From positions 1 through 29,898 of the forward strand of contig JBEKCB010000041.1 in NCBI GenBank assembly GCA_050015075.1: a stretch of DNA of 29,898 nt. The letters are read 5' to 3'. Below the pieces are notes generated by a model. That model was not told where the DNA came from. It saw only the letters and a program-made list of their open reading frames with translations, and ran no database searches. The DNA is from Candidatus Brocadiia bacterium. GTDB lineage: Bacteria; Planctomycetota; Brocadiia; CAIUPP01. Positions within the stretch are counted from its first letter, which is position 1; the number at the start of each line of letters is the position of its first letter. Shown in pieces: positions 7,055 through 15,284 of the stretch. A program made the position numbers and the translations under genes.

Positions 7055-7179
7055 CCGGCCGTTGAAAAAGTATGGCGCACAAGACGGGCCCCGGCCAGTG
7101 TCTCGTTTGTAGTGGCGCCGCCAGGCGCTGGTTCGTATGCCCTGACGGGCACACTGCGAGCGGCCAAACTTTTTCAACG
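7051..7179. mobile_element. MITE-like element with GTTGAAAAA terminal inverted repeats enclosing a GTAG-REP
   Basis: CGTTGAAAAAGT (7060-7071) and ACTTTTTCAACG (7168-7179) form a perfect 12-bp inverted repeat. The element begins at the CTAG that contains the pabB stop. Confidence 0.55.
7107..7165 (+). repeat. GTAG-type REP doublet, copy 1
   Basis: TTGTAGTGGCGCC...GGCGC...TGCCCTGACGGGCACACTGCGAGCGGCC; 53/59 identical to 23127-23185. Confidence 0.88.
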
Positions 7180-7225
7180 CGCTCCCGGCCGGGAATCCAC
7201 CCCGCAGGAACTCTCCGATTTCTCC

Positions 7226-7255
7226 TTGACATGGCCGAGAAATGTGTGCTAGATT
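7226..7255 (+). promoter_or_regulatory. Sigma-70-type promoter upstream of miaA
   Basis: TTGACA-18 nt-TAGATT, with a TG extended -10. Confidence 0.6.
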
Positions 7256-7279
7256 CCCCACTTGTCACACTGATCGGGC

Positions 7280-8302
7280 TTGCTTTCGGAGGCGGAACGG
7301 AAAAATGGTCCTCGAACTCGCTTGGACTGCGGCAAGTTGGCGACGCCGGAGCGCCAAGGGCGGGCGAGCGCTTTGCATATTCTGACCGGGCAGACTGCTT
7401 CCGGAAAGGCGGCCGTGGCCGTTTGTGTGGCCGGGCTTACCAACGCTGAGCTGATTTCAGTGGATTCGATGAAAGTGTACCGAGGCCTCGACATCGGCAC
7501 AGGCAAGCCCCCGCGCACGGTCCGGGAGACCGTTCCATTCCATCTCCTCGACGTCGTGGACCCGAACGAATCCTTCAGCCTGGCGCGATACCTCGAGCGC
7601 GCCCGCGCCGCCCTCGAGGAAATCCGCGCGCGCGGCCGGCCGGCGCTGTTCGTCGGCGGCACGCCGCTCTACCTGCGCGGCCTGCTCTACGGCATCTTCG
7701 AGGGGCCGGCCGCCGACTGGGCGCTGCGCGGCGAGCTGATGCAGAGGGCGCAGGAACAGGGCCCGGAAGTGCTCCACGAGGAACTTCGGAAACTCGACCC
7801 GGTCGCCGCCGACCGGCTGCATCCGCGCGACCTGGTGCGGGTGATCCGGGCGCTGGAAGTCGCGCGCACGAGCGGGCGGCCGATTTCGTCGCATCAGCGG
7901 CAATATCCCGCGCCCGAAGGCGCCGTCGCGGCGCACCGGATGGTGGCGCTGCGGCGCAGCGAGGCGGACCTGAAGGATCGCATCCACCGCCGCGTCGCGC
8001 GGATGTTCGCCGCCGGGCTGCTGGACGAGGTGCGCACCGTGCTCGAGGGCCCCGGTTTCTCACGGCCCGCGCAGAAGGCCATCGGCTACCGCGAGGCGAT
8101 CGGACACCTGAAGGGCGAGCGCTCACTCGGCGAGACGATGGAGCTGATCGAGCGGAACACTTGGCGCATGGCGCGCAAGCAGCGTGCGTGGCTCAAGAGT
8201 TTTCCGGCGGTTCAGTGGCTCGACGTGACCGCGGACGAGCCGACCGAGGCGACGGCCGAGAAAGTGCGCCGCCTGCTGTTCACACCGGAGAACCTCAACT
8301 GA
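7280..8302 (+). CDS. miaA: tRNA (adenosine-37-N6)-dimethylallyltransferase; start codon uncertain (TTG 7280 or TTG 7337)
   Basis: GQTASGK, ELISVDSMKVYRGLDIGTGKP, HLLDVVDP, VGGTPLY, RVIRALEV, AIGYRE and ARKQRAW. Confidence 0.95.
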   Translation: MLSEAERKNGPRTRLDCGKLATPERQGRASALHILTGQTASGKAAVAVCVAGLTNAELISVDSMKVYRGLDIGTGKPPRTVRETVPFHLLDVVDPNESFSLARYLERARAALEEIRARGRPALFVGGTPLYLRGLLYGIFEGPAADWALRGELMQRAQEQGPEVLHEELRKLDPVAADRLHPRDLVRVIRALEVARTSGRPISSHQRQYPAPEGAVAAHRMVALRRSEADLKDRIHRRVARMFAAGLLDEVRTVLEGPGFSRPAQKAIGYREAIGHLKGERSLGETMELIERNTWRMARKQRAWLKSFPAVQWLDVTADEPTEATAEKVRRLLFTPENLN

Positions 8303-8372
8303 ATGGCCGAAGGCCGAACGCCCTGCCGGGCATTCGGCCGCCGGAAGTCGGAAGTATTCTCAAAGGTGCGCG

Positions 8373-10394
8373 ATGCTGAATCTCGGAGCGGTCTGGGGAA
8401 TTGACGCCGGCGACTCCGCGCTCAAGGCGGTGAAGCTCAAGCTCGTGGGCAAGAGCATCGTCCTGCTCGATTTCCACGTCATCCGCTACTCGGAACTCGG
8501 CGGCGAGCCGGGCGCCCGGCGCGAGGGCATGCTGCCGCAGGCGATCGCCGCGCTCCAGCAGGCCGGCCTCGGCCGCGAGCGCTGCATCGTCTCCATCGCC
8601 CCGCAGATGGTCTTCAACCGCTTCATCAGCCTGCCGCCCGTGGACCAGCGCCGCATCCCCGAGCTCGTCCTCTACGAGGCCAAACAGCAGATCCCCTTCA
8701 ACCTCAACGAGGTGGTCTGGGCCTACGAGCCGATCCGCAAGCAGTTCGTCCTCGGCCAGGAGATCGAGATCGGCCTCTTCGCCGCCAAGCGCGAGGTGAT
8801 CGAGGCCTACCTGGCCGAACTCAGCGCGCTCCGGCGGCAGATCTACGGCGTGCAGGTCAGCCCGCTGGCGCTCTTCAATTTCATCCGCCACGAGGTGGCC
8901 CTCGAGAAACCGACCGTCGTGATTGACGTGGGCGCCCAGAGCACCAACCTGCTCATCCTCGACGGCCAGCGCTACTGGCTGCGCAACCTGCCGATCGCCG
9001 GCAATTCGTTCACCTCCATGCTCGAGAAACGCCTCAACATCCCGCGCGCCGAGGCGGAGAAGCTCAAGTACACCGTCGCTGATTCCCGCCATCGCCGCCG
9101 GCTGCTCGAGGTGCTCCGGCCGGTCATGCGCGACCTGGTGGCCGAAATCCAGCGCTCGGTCGGATACTATAAGTCCCTCTCGCAGGCCGTGAAGTTCGAG
9201 GAGATCCTCGTCACCGGCGAAGGGTACAAGCTTTTCGGGCTCGACCGGTTCCTCGCCGAGCAGCTCCAGTACCAGATCACGCCGATCCACGAACTCAAGA
9301 ACATCACCTACCAGGGCGACCCGGCGCGCCTGAAAGACCTGCAGCAGAACCTGCCGTCGCTCGGGGTGGCCATCGGGCTGGGCCTGCAGGGCCTCAACCG
9401 GGCGAACGCCATGATCAGCCTGCTGCCGGAAAGCTTCATCATCCAGCGCGAAGTCCAATCGAAGCGTTTCAGCGGCCTGATCGCCGGCGCCCTGATCTGG
9501 GCGATCGTCGGCTGCCTCTACGCCAACGGGAAACAGACCCTGCGGGAACTGGCCAAGTTCGAGGACTTCGGCCAGAGCACGCTCACGAAGGTCGCCGGCC
9601 TCGACAAGGAGCTGAAGGAGGCCCAGGGCGGAACGACCGTGCAGCGCGCGGCGCTGTTCCAGGACTTCGGGCGGCGGCGCGAACACTACGCCCGTCTTGT
9701 CGGAGCCATTTCTGCGGTGGTCCCGAGAGAAGTCCAGATAGATGATTTCAAGTTCAGCGAGCCCCTCTCCGGCATCGGGGCGACAGGTTCGGGACGCGGG
9801 TCTGCCGCCGGCGGGCCGCCCACAGGCCCGCGCGGATTCGGACCGGCCGCGGCGGTGCAGACTGCCGAGGGAACACTCGTCGGCGCGTCAGGCATCGTGC
9901 TCACCTTTACGGCCTCCTGCGAGGCGGACAAGGAACCTTCCTGGTTGCAGAAAGACCTGCCTCACGAACTGGCGAAAGCGGTCATCTATCCCGAGAAGAT
10001 CGGCGCCATCAAGGCGGACGGCAAGGGGCACTATGCCATTTCGGTGGGCGAGATCAGGCTGAGCACCGGGATGGAAGGCAGGCCGCCGGTGACCGGCGCC
10101 GCGCTCGCTCCGGTTGCCGCTGAAAAGAGCAGAGAGTCCGTGATCATTACGATCGGTTTGATCACGGCCAAAGAGGCGGACGATCTTCTGGCCGTGCCGC
10201 CGGAGAAGCGCGCGGCGGATGCAATGGCGCAAGCCGCCGCGGCCGCGGCCGCAGCGACAGCGGGCCCGACCGAAGCGGCTACGCTGCCCCAAACGCAGCC
10301 GGGGCGGTTCATGGCGCCGGGTCGGTACATGCCGCCAGGCCGGTTTATGCCGCCGGGCCGTGGCGCGCCGCCGGCCGCCGCCCCCAAGCAATAA
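8373..10394 (+). CDS. pilM: Type IV pilus assembly protein PilM fused to a transmembrane segment and PilN-like periplasmic region
   Basis: WGIDAGDSALKAVKL, YEAKQQIPF, VIDVGAQSTNL, AGNSFT, AEKLK, EIQRSVGYY and GVAIGLGLQG. These are followed by a PilN-like ISLLP motif, a hydrophobic helix (FSGLIAGALIWAIVGCLYA) and a coiled coil. Confidence 0.88.
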   Translation: MLNLGAVWGIDAGDSALKAVKLKLVGKSIVLLDFHVIRYSELGGEPGARREGMLPQAIAALQQAGLGRERCIVSIAPQMVFNRFISLPPVDQRRIPELVLYEAKQQIPFNLNEVVWAYEPIRKQFVLGQEIEIGLFAAKREVIEAYLAELSALRRQIYGVQVSPLALFNFIRHEVALEKPTVVIDVGAQSTNLLILDGQRYWLRNLPIAGNSFTSMLEKRLNIPRAEAEKLKYTVADSRHRRRLLEVLRPVMRDLVAEIQRSVGYYKSLSQAVKFEEILVTGEGYKLFGLDRFLAEQLQYQITPIHELKNITYQGDPARLKDLQQNLPSLGVAIGLGLQGLNRANAMISLLPESFIIQREVQSKRFSGLIAGALIWAIVGCLYANGKQTLRELAKFEDFGQSTLTKVAGLDKELKEAQGGTTVQRAALFQDFGRRREHYARLVGAISAVVPREVQIDDFKFSEPLSGIGATGSGRGSAAGGPPTGPRGFGPAAAVQTAEGTLVGASGIVLTFTASCEADKEPSWLQKDLPHELAKAVIYPEKIGAIKADGKGHYAISVGEIRLSTGMEGRPPVTGAALAPVAAEKSRESVIITIGLITAKEADDLLAVPPEKRAADAMAQAAAAAAAATAGPTEAATLPQTQPGRFMAPGRYMPPGRFMPPGRGAPPAAAPKQ

Positions 10395-10426
10395 GGACGA
10401 TCGAGCAGAGCATGAATAATGTGCAA

Positions 10427-10490
10427 CACCGCGAAGGACACAGTTGAAATACATTGATACTCCTGCTATTCCTTCGTGAGCTTCGCGGTG
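10427..10490. repeat. Short inverted-repeat pair of the CAC/GTG periodic class around an AT-rich spacer
   Basis: CACCGCGAAG (10427-10436) and CTTCGCGGTG (10481-10490) are a perfect inverted pair. The arms continue as GACACAG and CTTCGTGAG. Confidence 0.6.
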
Positions 10491-10574
10491 AGTGCGGGCG
10501 TTGCGCAGGTGGTTCGGATATCCGTCAGCGGACGGATTCGAAAGCGAAGTGTTGCAATAAGGTAGTCGTCGCGC

Positions 10575-12389
10575 ATGGAAATGGTTAAAAAATACGGCTT
10601 GTGGGTCCTGGCGGGAGCCATTGCGCTCGGAGCCCTGGTCGTCTATGTCCTCTTCGTCCGCACCGTGTCCCAGGAGGTCACCACCAAGCGCGGCGAAATC
10701 GAAAGTCGCAGGGACAGCCTCAAGAGCTGGGCTGACAGGCCCACCCAGATTCCCAACCCCGCGAAGATCCAGATCGCCAAGAAGAACGCGGAACAGGTCT
10801 CCGCCATGCTGGATCAGTGCGAGATTTACCTCGCCCGGCAGCCCCGGTGGGCCCACACCATCCGCTTCTTTATGGAAGGGCCTTTCGGACCGGAAACCGA
10901 AGTCCCGCTCAACCGCCCCAACGACTGGCTGAACCTTTACCGCCAGTACAACCAGGAACTCCAGGCCCAGGTCTTCAACGCCGGCATGAACTACCAGCTC
11001 AAGACGATGGACTGGGGCGCGTCGGTGCCGACGCCGGAAGGGATCAGCGCCGCGATGGAGATGTACTGGTTCCAGAAGGACCTCATAGACTTCCTGACGC
11101 AGCAGGCCGAGAAGGACTTCGCCGCCTACCTCGATTTCAAAGCCAAAGGCCGGGCGGACCCGTTCCCCGCCAAGCCGTTCGACCTGGTCGTCAACCGTTC
11201 CCCGGCGCGGCTCGATGAATTCCTGCGCTCCACCTCGCGCGAGAAACTCGTCGCCGTCCTCAGCGCCATCGTCGTGAACCGGCAGCAGCAGGACCTGGCG
11301 ATGATCTTCAACTCGCTGCTTCACGACGAGAAGAAGCCGGACGGCACGATCGTATACGGTTTCCCGTGGGAGCGGCCCGCCTCCGAAAAGGAGCACGGCA
11401 GCGTGCGCGGTTTCACGATGGACGAGGCGCAGGAGAAGTTCCTCGCCGAGATGCTGCCGCCCGACAAGCCGGACCTCTCCGATCGGCAGCGGTTCATGGA
11501 TTACGTCATGGAGCTCCGCATGGTGCGGTATCGCGCCGACGTCATCGGGCTCCTCGAAAGCCATCACTTCGACAGCCTCGCCGCCGCCCTCCGCAGAGGC
11601 ACCGAGGCGGAACTCAGCGGCATTCTCAACGACATCGCCGACGTCAACGGAGTTTGGAACACCACCCGCATCGCCGAGGCGATCTCCGCGATCGTCTCGA
11701 TCAACAACGAGAGCGACTTCATCCTCGTGCGGAACAACCACGCGCCGAACATCGCCTCGCTGATTAACTTGAGCATCGGGACCGGCGAGGACACGACCGG
11801 CATGCGCGGCGGCGGCGGCGGTCTCGGCGGCAGAGCGGCCGGCCCGGCGGGAGGGGCCTTCGCCTACATGAGCAGAGCGGGCGCGGCGGCCCAGCCGGCA
11901 GCGGCGGCGGGGGCTGCGCCAGGAAACGGCGTGTACAAACTTCGCACCTTCGAGATGCAGGTCAAGCTGAGGTTCGAGCGCATCCCCGTCTTCCTGCGCC
12001 GCCTCATCAGCAACAGTTGGCGGTATCGCGTTCAGATCCTGGACATCGTGCCGACCGAGACGCCGACGGCCACCCCCACCACAACCCGCGCCGCAATCCC
12101 GGCTCCTGCCGGCGCGCCGCGCGGCACAGGCATGCCGGGACGCGGCGCCTTTATGGGCGGTCGGCCGACCCTGCCGCCGTCGGGCTCGGGCGCCGGCGGG
12201 CAGCGCCGCGGCAGGCAGGCGGAGGCGCAACTGGTCGAGGCCGGAAACTACGTCGTCCTCACGCTGGTCGGCGAAGGGTATCAGTTCTCGCCGCTCATGA
12301 CCAAATACAGGAGTAAACTCGAGAATCGCGCGACGCCGGCCGCTCCCGCTCCTGCGGGCAGGTCCGCTGCGCCGACGGGGGCCAGATGA
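10575..12389 (+). CDS. Membrane-anchored protein, PilO-like by position and architecture
   Basis: N-terminal transmembrane helix (GLWVLAGAIALGALVVYVLFV), a coiled coil, and a C-terminal FEMQVKLRFERIPVFLRRL...VQILDI segment resembling the PilO/GspM ferredoxin-like fold. It follows pilMN and overlaps the next gene (ATGA). Confidence 0.55.
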   Translation: MEMVKKYGLWVLAGAIALGALVVYVLFVRTVSQEVTTKRGEIESRRDSLKSWADRPTQIPNPAKIQIAKKNAEQVSAMLDQCEIYLARQPRWAHTIRFFMEGPFGPETEVPLNRPNDWLNLYRQYNQELQAQVFNAGMNYQLKTMDWGASVPTPEGISAAMEMYWFQKDLIDFLTQQAEKDFAAYLDFKAKGRADPFPAKPFDLVVNRSPARLDEFLRSTSREKLVAVLSAIVVNRQQQDLAMIFNSLLHDEKKPDGTIVYGFPWERPASEKEHGSVRGFTMDEAQEKFLAEMLPPDKPDLSDRQRFMDYVMELRMVRYRADVIGLLESHHFDSLAAALRRGTEAELSGILNDIADVNGVWNTTRIAEAISAIVSINNESDFILVRNNHAPNIASLINLSIGTGEDTTGMRGGGGGLGGRAAGPAGGAFAYMSRAGAAAQPAAAAGAAPGNGVYKLRTFEMQVKLRFERIPVFLRRLISNSWRYRVQILDIVPTETPTATPTTTRAAIPAPAGAPRGTGMPGRGAFMGGRPTLPPSGSGAGGQRRGRQAEAQLVEAGNYVVLTLVGEGYQFSPLMTKYRSKLENRATPAAPAPAGRSAAPTGAR

Positions 12390-13930
12390 AACCCAAGATC
12401 ATCCTGGCGAAGTATCTCGACTGGGCCGTCCTGGCGATCCTGGCCATCGTCCTCATCATCGTCGCCATCAAGGCCTTCCCGCTGAGGGCCGCCGGAGAAG
12501 AAAAACTCAAAAACGAACTCAGCCAATACGACCAGGCCGTCCAGCGGGGCATGGGCGACATGTCCGCGCAGCCCATACCGCTGCACGATTACCTCACCGA
12601 GGTCCAGAGCCGGTTCGAGCACCCGGCGGTCATTGATCCTTACCGGCGCAACCCGTTCCTCACGCGCGAGGACATTCCGTATCCGCCGCTCCAGCTCCGC
12701 GTAGGCATCCCCCACACGGTCAGGTTCCTGGGCACGCGCTTCACCCAGGTGATCGCCGGCGACGAAAAACTCCTGCACGTGGACCTCGCATACGATCTGC
12801 CCACGGGCATCAGCACCGTGACGTTCATCCCGCTCGAAACGGGCGAGACGAGCATCCGCATCCAGACCGACGAAGACCTGATCCACCTCTTCAAGATCAG
12901 CGTGCGGACCCTCGTGACCCCGCCGCCGCCGAACCCGCCGCCGTCCACCGTCGCCGTGATCCCGAGCGCGGCCGTTCAGTTCCGGAACAGCTTCAAGCCG
13001 GCGATGGTGCTCATCTACTTCACGCCCACCAATCCCGAGCAGTTGAGCCAGACGGTCGGCTTCAGCACCAACGCCGCCTTCTACCGCAAGCCGGCCGGCG
13101 CCTCCGACGCGGAGTACGTCCGCCTCGACGATCCGGACGATCCGCCCGTTCCGCTCAACCGCGATCAGATCCATGAGGTCATGCTGAAGTTCCAGCCCCC
13201 GGAGATGCCCGCCGGGCCGGCGCCGACCACGACGACCGAGACGACCACGCCGGGCGCCCCGGCCCCGGCGACCACGGTGACTGCGCCGGCCGGCGCCGCT
13301 TCGGCCGCGCCGCCCGTGCCGGAAGCCGTCACCGAAATCCGGGCTCCCACGTTGACCGGCACGGAACAACAGACCGGCGAACCGCCCCCGGATTCCTTTG
13401 TCTTCCTCGACCAGACCGTGGATGACGGCGAGAGCTACATCTACAAAATCGTCACCCTCAGCACCGCAGCCGACGAGCCCGAGATCGAGCCGGTCCCCTG
13501 CGAAGTGCCCTACGTCACTCCGAAGCCCATCTTCCTGCCCTCAGTCGTCGAGTTCATCGTCCGAACGATCACCGCCGACAGCGCCAGCGTGCGCATCACC
13601 CGGCGCGACCCCGATACCGGCGAGTGGCTTCCGTGGCAGGACTTCACCATCGGCATCGGCAAGATGATCGGCGGCATGCGCACCATCAAGCTCAGGCTGC
13701 CGCCCGCGCAGCAGATCCCGGGCCTGCCGGTCAAGACCAAGGATAAAGATGAGGACTTCTCCACCGGTTCCGTTCTGGTCAACGTGCTCCCGAATTTCCA
13801 TGTCGTCGAGTACAAGTTGCGCTGGGGCCCGAACTTCACGCCGATTTACCAGGCCAAGGATACGCGCGATCCGCAAATTCTCTATTTGACGCCTCGCGGC
13901 GCCTTACACTTCAAGAGCAAGGAAAAGTAG
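12386..13930 (+). CDS. Membrane-anchored beta-rich protein with a fibronectin type III-like segment (PilP position)
   Basis: N-terminal transmembrane helix, RRNPF motif, beta-strand-rich domains, Pro/Thr/Ala linker and FVFLDQTVDDGESYIYKIV (FN3-like). Function is inferred from synteny only. Confidence 0.5.
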   Translation: MKPKIILAKYLDWAVLAILAIVLIIVAIKAFPLRAAGEEKLKNELSQYDQAVQRGMGDMSAQPIPLHDYLTEVQSRFEHPAVIDPYRRNPFLTREDIPYPPLQLRVGIPHTVRFLGTRFTQVIAGDEKLLHVDLAYDLPTGISTVTFIPLETGETSIRIQTDEDLIHLFKISVRTLVTPPPPNPPPSTVAVIPSAAVQFRNSFKPAMVLIYFTPTNPEQLSQTVGFSTNAAFYRKPAGASDAEYVRLDDPDDPPVPLNRDQIHEVMLKFQPPEMPAGPAPTTTTETTTPGAPAPATTVTAPAGAASAAPPVPEAVTEIRAPTLTGTEQQTGEPPPDSFVFLDQTVDDGESYIYKIVTLSTAADEPEIEPVPCEVPYVTPKPIFLPSVVEFIVRTITADSASVRITRRDPDTGEWLPWQDFTIGIGKMIGGMRTIKLRLPPAQQIPGLPVKTKDKDEDFSTGSVLVNVLPNFHVVEYKLRWGPNFTPIYQAKDTRDPQILYLTPRGALHFKSKEK

Positions 13931-13944
13931 TCGCCGGCATCCCC

Positions 13945-13973
13945 TTGACAACGAAGGAACCCGGCGGTACAAA
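13945..13973 (+). promoter_or_regulatory. Possible internal sigma-70 promoter
   Basis: TTGACA-17 nt-TACAAA. The -10 hexamer lacks the conserved final T. Confidence 0.4.
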
Positions 13974-14063
13974 GGTGCGGGTCAAAGTCGCCAGGAGAAC
14001 CCGGCCACGGTTCCGTATGAGAGGAGTCTCATCTTGAGCCCAATGACCCGCAAAGAGGGGAAT

Positions 14064-15161
14064 ATGAAATCCGCGCGCACGCTGCTTCTTCTGGCCGCAC
14101 TCGCCGCGCTCCTGGTTCTGCTCCCCGCCAACGGCGCACTCGCCCAGGCCGCGCCCGCGGCCGGTTCCGCCGCTCCGGCCCCCGTCAAGGTGCCGCAATG
14201 GCAGAAGTATCAACAGGACGTCATCGCCCGCGAGAAAGCCGAACACGCGCAGCGCGTCCAGGCGGCGAAGGCCGCCGCGCTCCAGAAGCAAGCCGAGCAA
14301 TCCCGGCAAGTCCAGGCGCAGAAAGATGAAGCCGCCCGCCGGCAGGCCGAAGCCGACCGCCAGGCGCTGGCGAAGAAACAGGCCGCGCAAGCCTATGAGA
14401 AGTCCGAGACGCAGCGCGAAGAAACCGAGCACGCCAAGCGCGTCGCCGCCGCACCGGCGATGCCGGCGAAACCGGCCGTCGCGGCGACCGTCGCCGTCGC
14501 TCCCAAGCCGCCCGTTGTCGCCGCCGCTCCCGCGACTGCGGTAGCGGCGCCCGTCAAGCCGCCCGTCATGGCCCAGCCGGCGCCGCAGCCGGTCAAGCCG
14601 GCCGTGGCCATGGTCCCGCCGGCCGAGCGCAAGGCCTATGAGATGCGCGTGACGGACCGCGAGACCCAGGAGCACGTGCAGCGCGTCCAGGCGCAGAAAG
14701 ACGAGGCCGCGCGCCGGCAGGCTGAAGCGGCCCGCCAGGCGCTGGCGAACAAGCAGGCCGCGCAAGCCTATGAGAAAACCGAGACTCAGAGCGAAGAAGC
14801 CGAGCACGCGAAGCACGTTGCCGCTGCCGCGGCGCCTGTCGCCATCGCGCCCAAGCCTGCGGCGACTCCGCCGCCCGTGATGGCGCCGGTCAAGCCGCCC
14901 GTCATGGCCGCCGCTCCCACGGCTCCGGCGACTCCGCCGACGGCCATGCCGCCGGTGACCGCGCCCGTCAAGCCGCCCGTCGCGGCCCAGCCGGCGCCGC
15001 AGCCGGTCAAGCCGGCCGTGGCCATGGTCCCGTCGGCCGAGCGCAAAGCCTACGAGGCGCGCGTGAGAGACCTCGAAGTCCAGGAGCACAGCCGGCGCCA
15101 ACAAGCGCGCAAGGCGGCGGATGCGGCCCGCAAAGCCGCCACCTTCGACTTCGGAATATAG
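14064..15161 (+). CDS. Secreted Ala/Pro/Gln-rich repeat protein of unknown function
   Basis: ATG after GAGGGG; Sec signal peptide ending in ALA; alternating charged helical and PVKP/AP-rich blocks; internal duplication beginning at 14310 and 14685; C-terminus TFDFGI. Confidence 0.8.
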   Translation: MKSARTLLLLAALAALLVLLPANGALAQAAPAAGSAAPAPVKVPQWQKYQQDVIAREKAEHAQRVQAAKAAALQKQAEQSRQVQAQKDEAARRQAEADRQALAKKQAAQAYEKSETQREETEHAKRVAAAPAMPAKPAVAATVAVAPKPPVVAAAPATAVAAPVKPPVMAQPAPQPVKPAVAMVPPAERKAYEMRVTDRETQEHVQRVQAQKDEAARRQAEAARQALANKQAAQAYEKTETQSEEAEHAKHVAAAAAPVAIAPKPAATPPPVMAPVKPPVMAAAPTAPATPPTAMPPVTAPVKPPVAAQPAPQPVKPAVAMVPSAERKAYEARVRDLEVQEHSRRQQARKAADAARKAATFDFGI

Positions 15162-15284
15162 CCGCACCCGCGCACGGCGCGGGCGAGGAATTGAAGGAAC
15201 CCGTCCCCGCGCTTCGCGCGGGAACGAAATCGGTTGTCGTGGAAGCCGGCGAGCGTATTTTTCAAGAAGTGGAGGGTCCTGTTC

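Noticed and set aside
7072-7449. 125-aa ORF between pabB and miaA (likewise 23084-23908 and 27260-27445)
   Set aside because: These read through REP/MITE sequence or overlap real genes, and they have no protein motifs.
8312-8339. Hairpin between miaA and pilM as a terminator
   Set aside because: An 11/12 stem but no U-tract; termination cannot be supported.
11570-11640. Annexin-like look of DSLAAALRRGTEAELSGIL in the PilO-like protein
   Set aside because: The GxGTDE signature is incomplete and the match is too short to support by eye.
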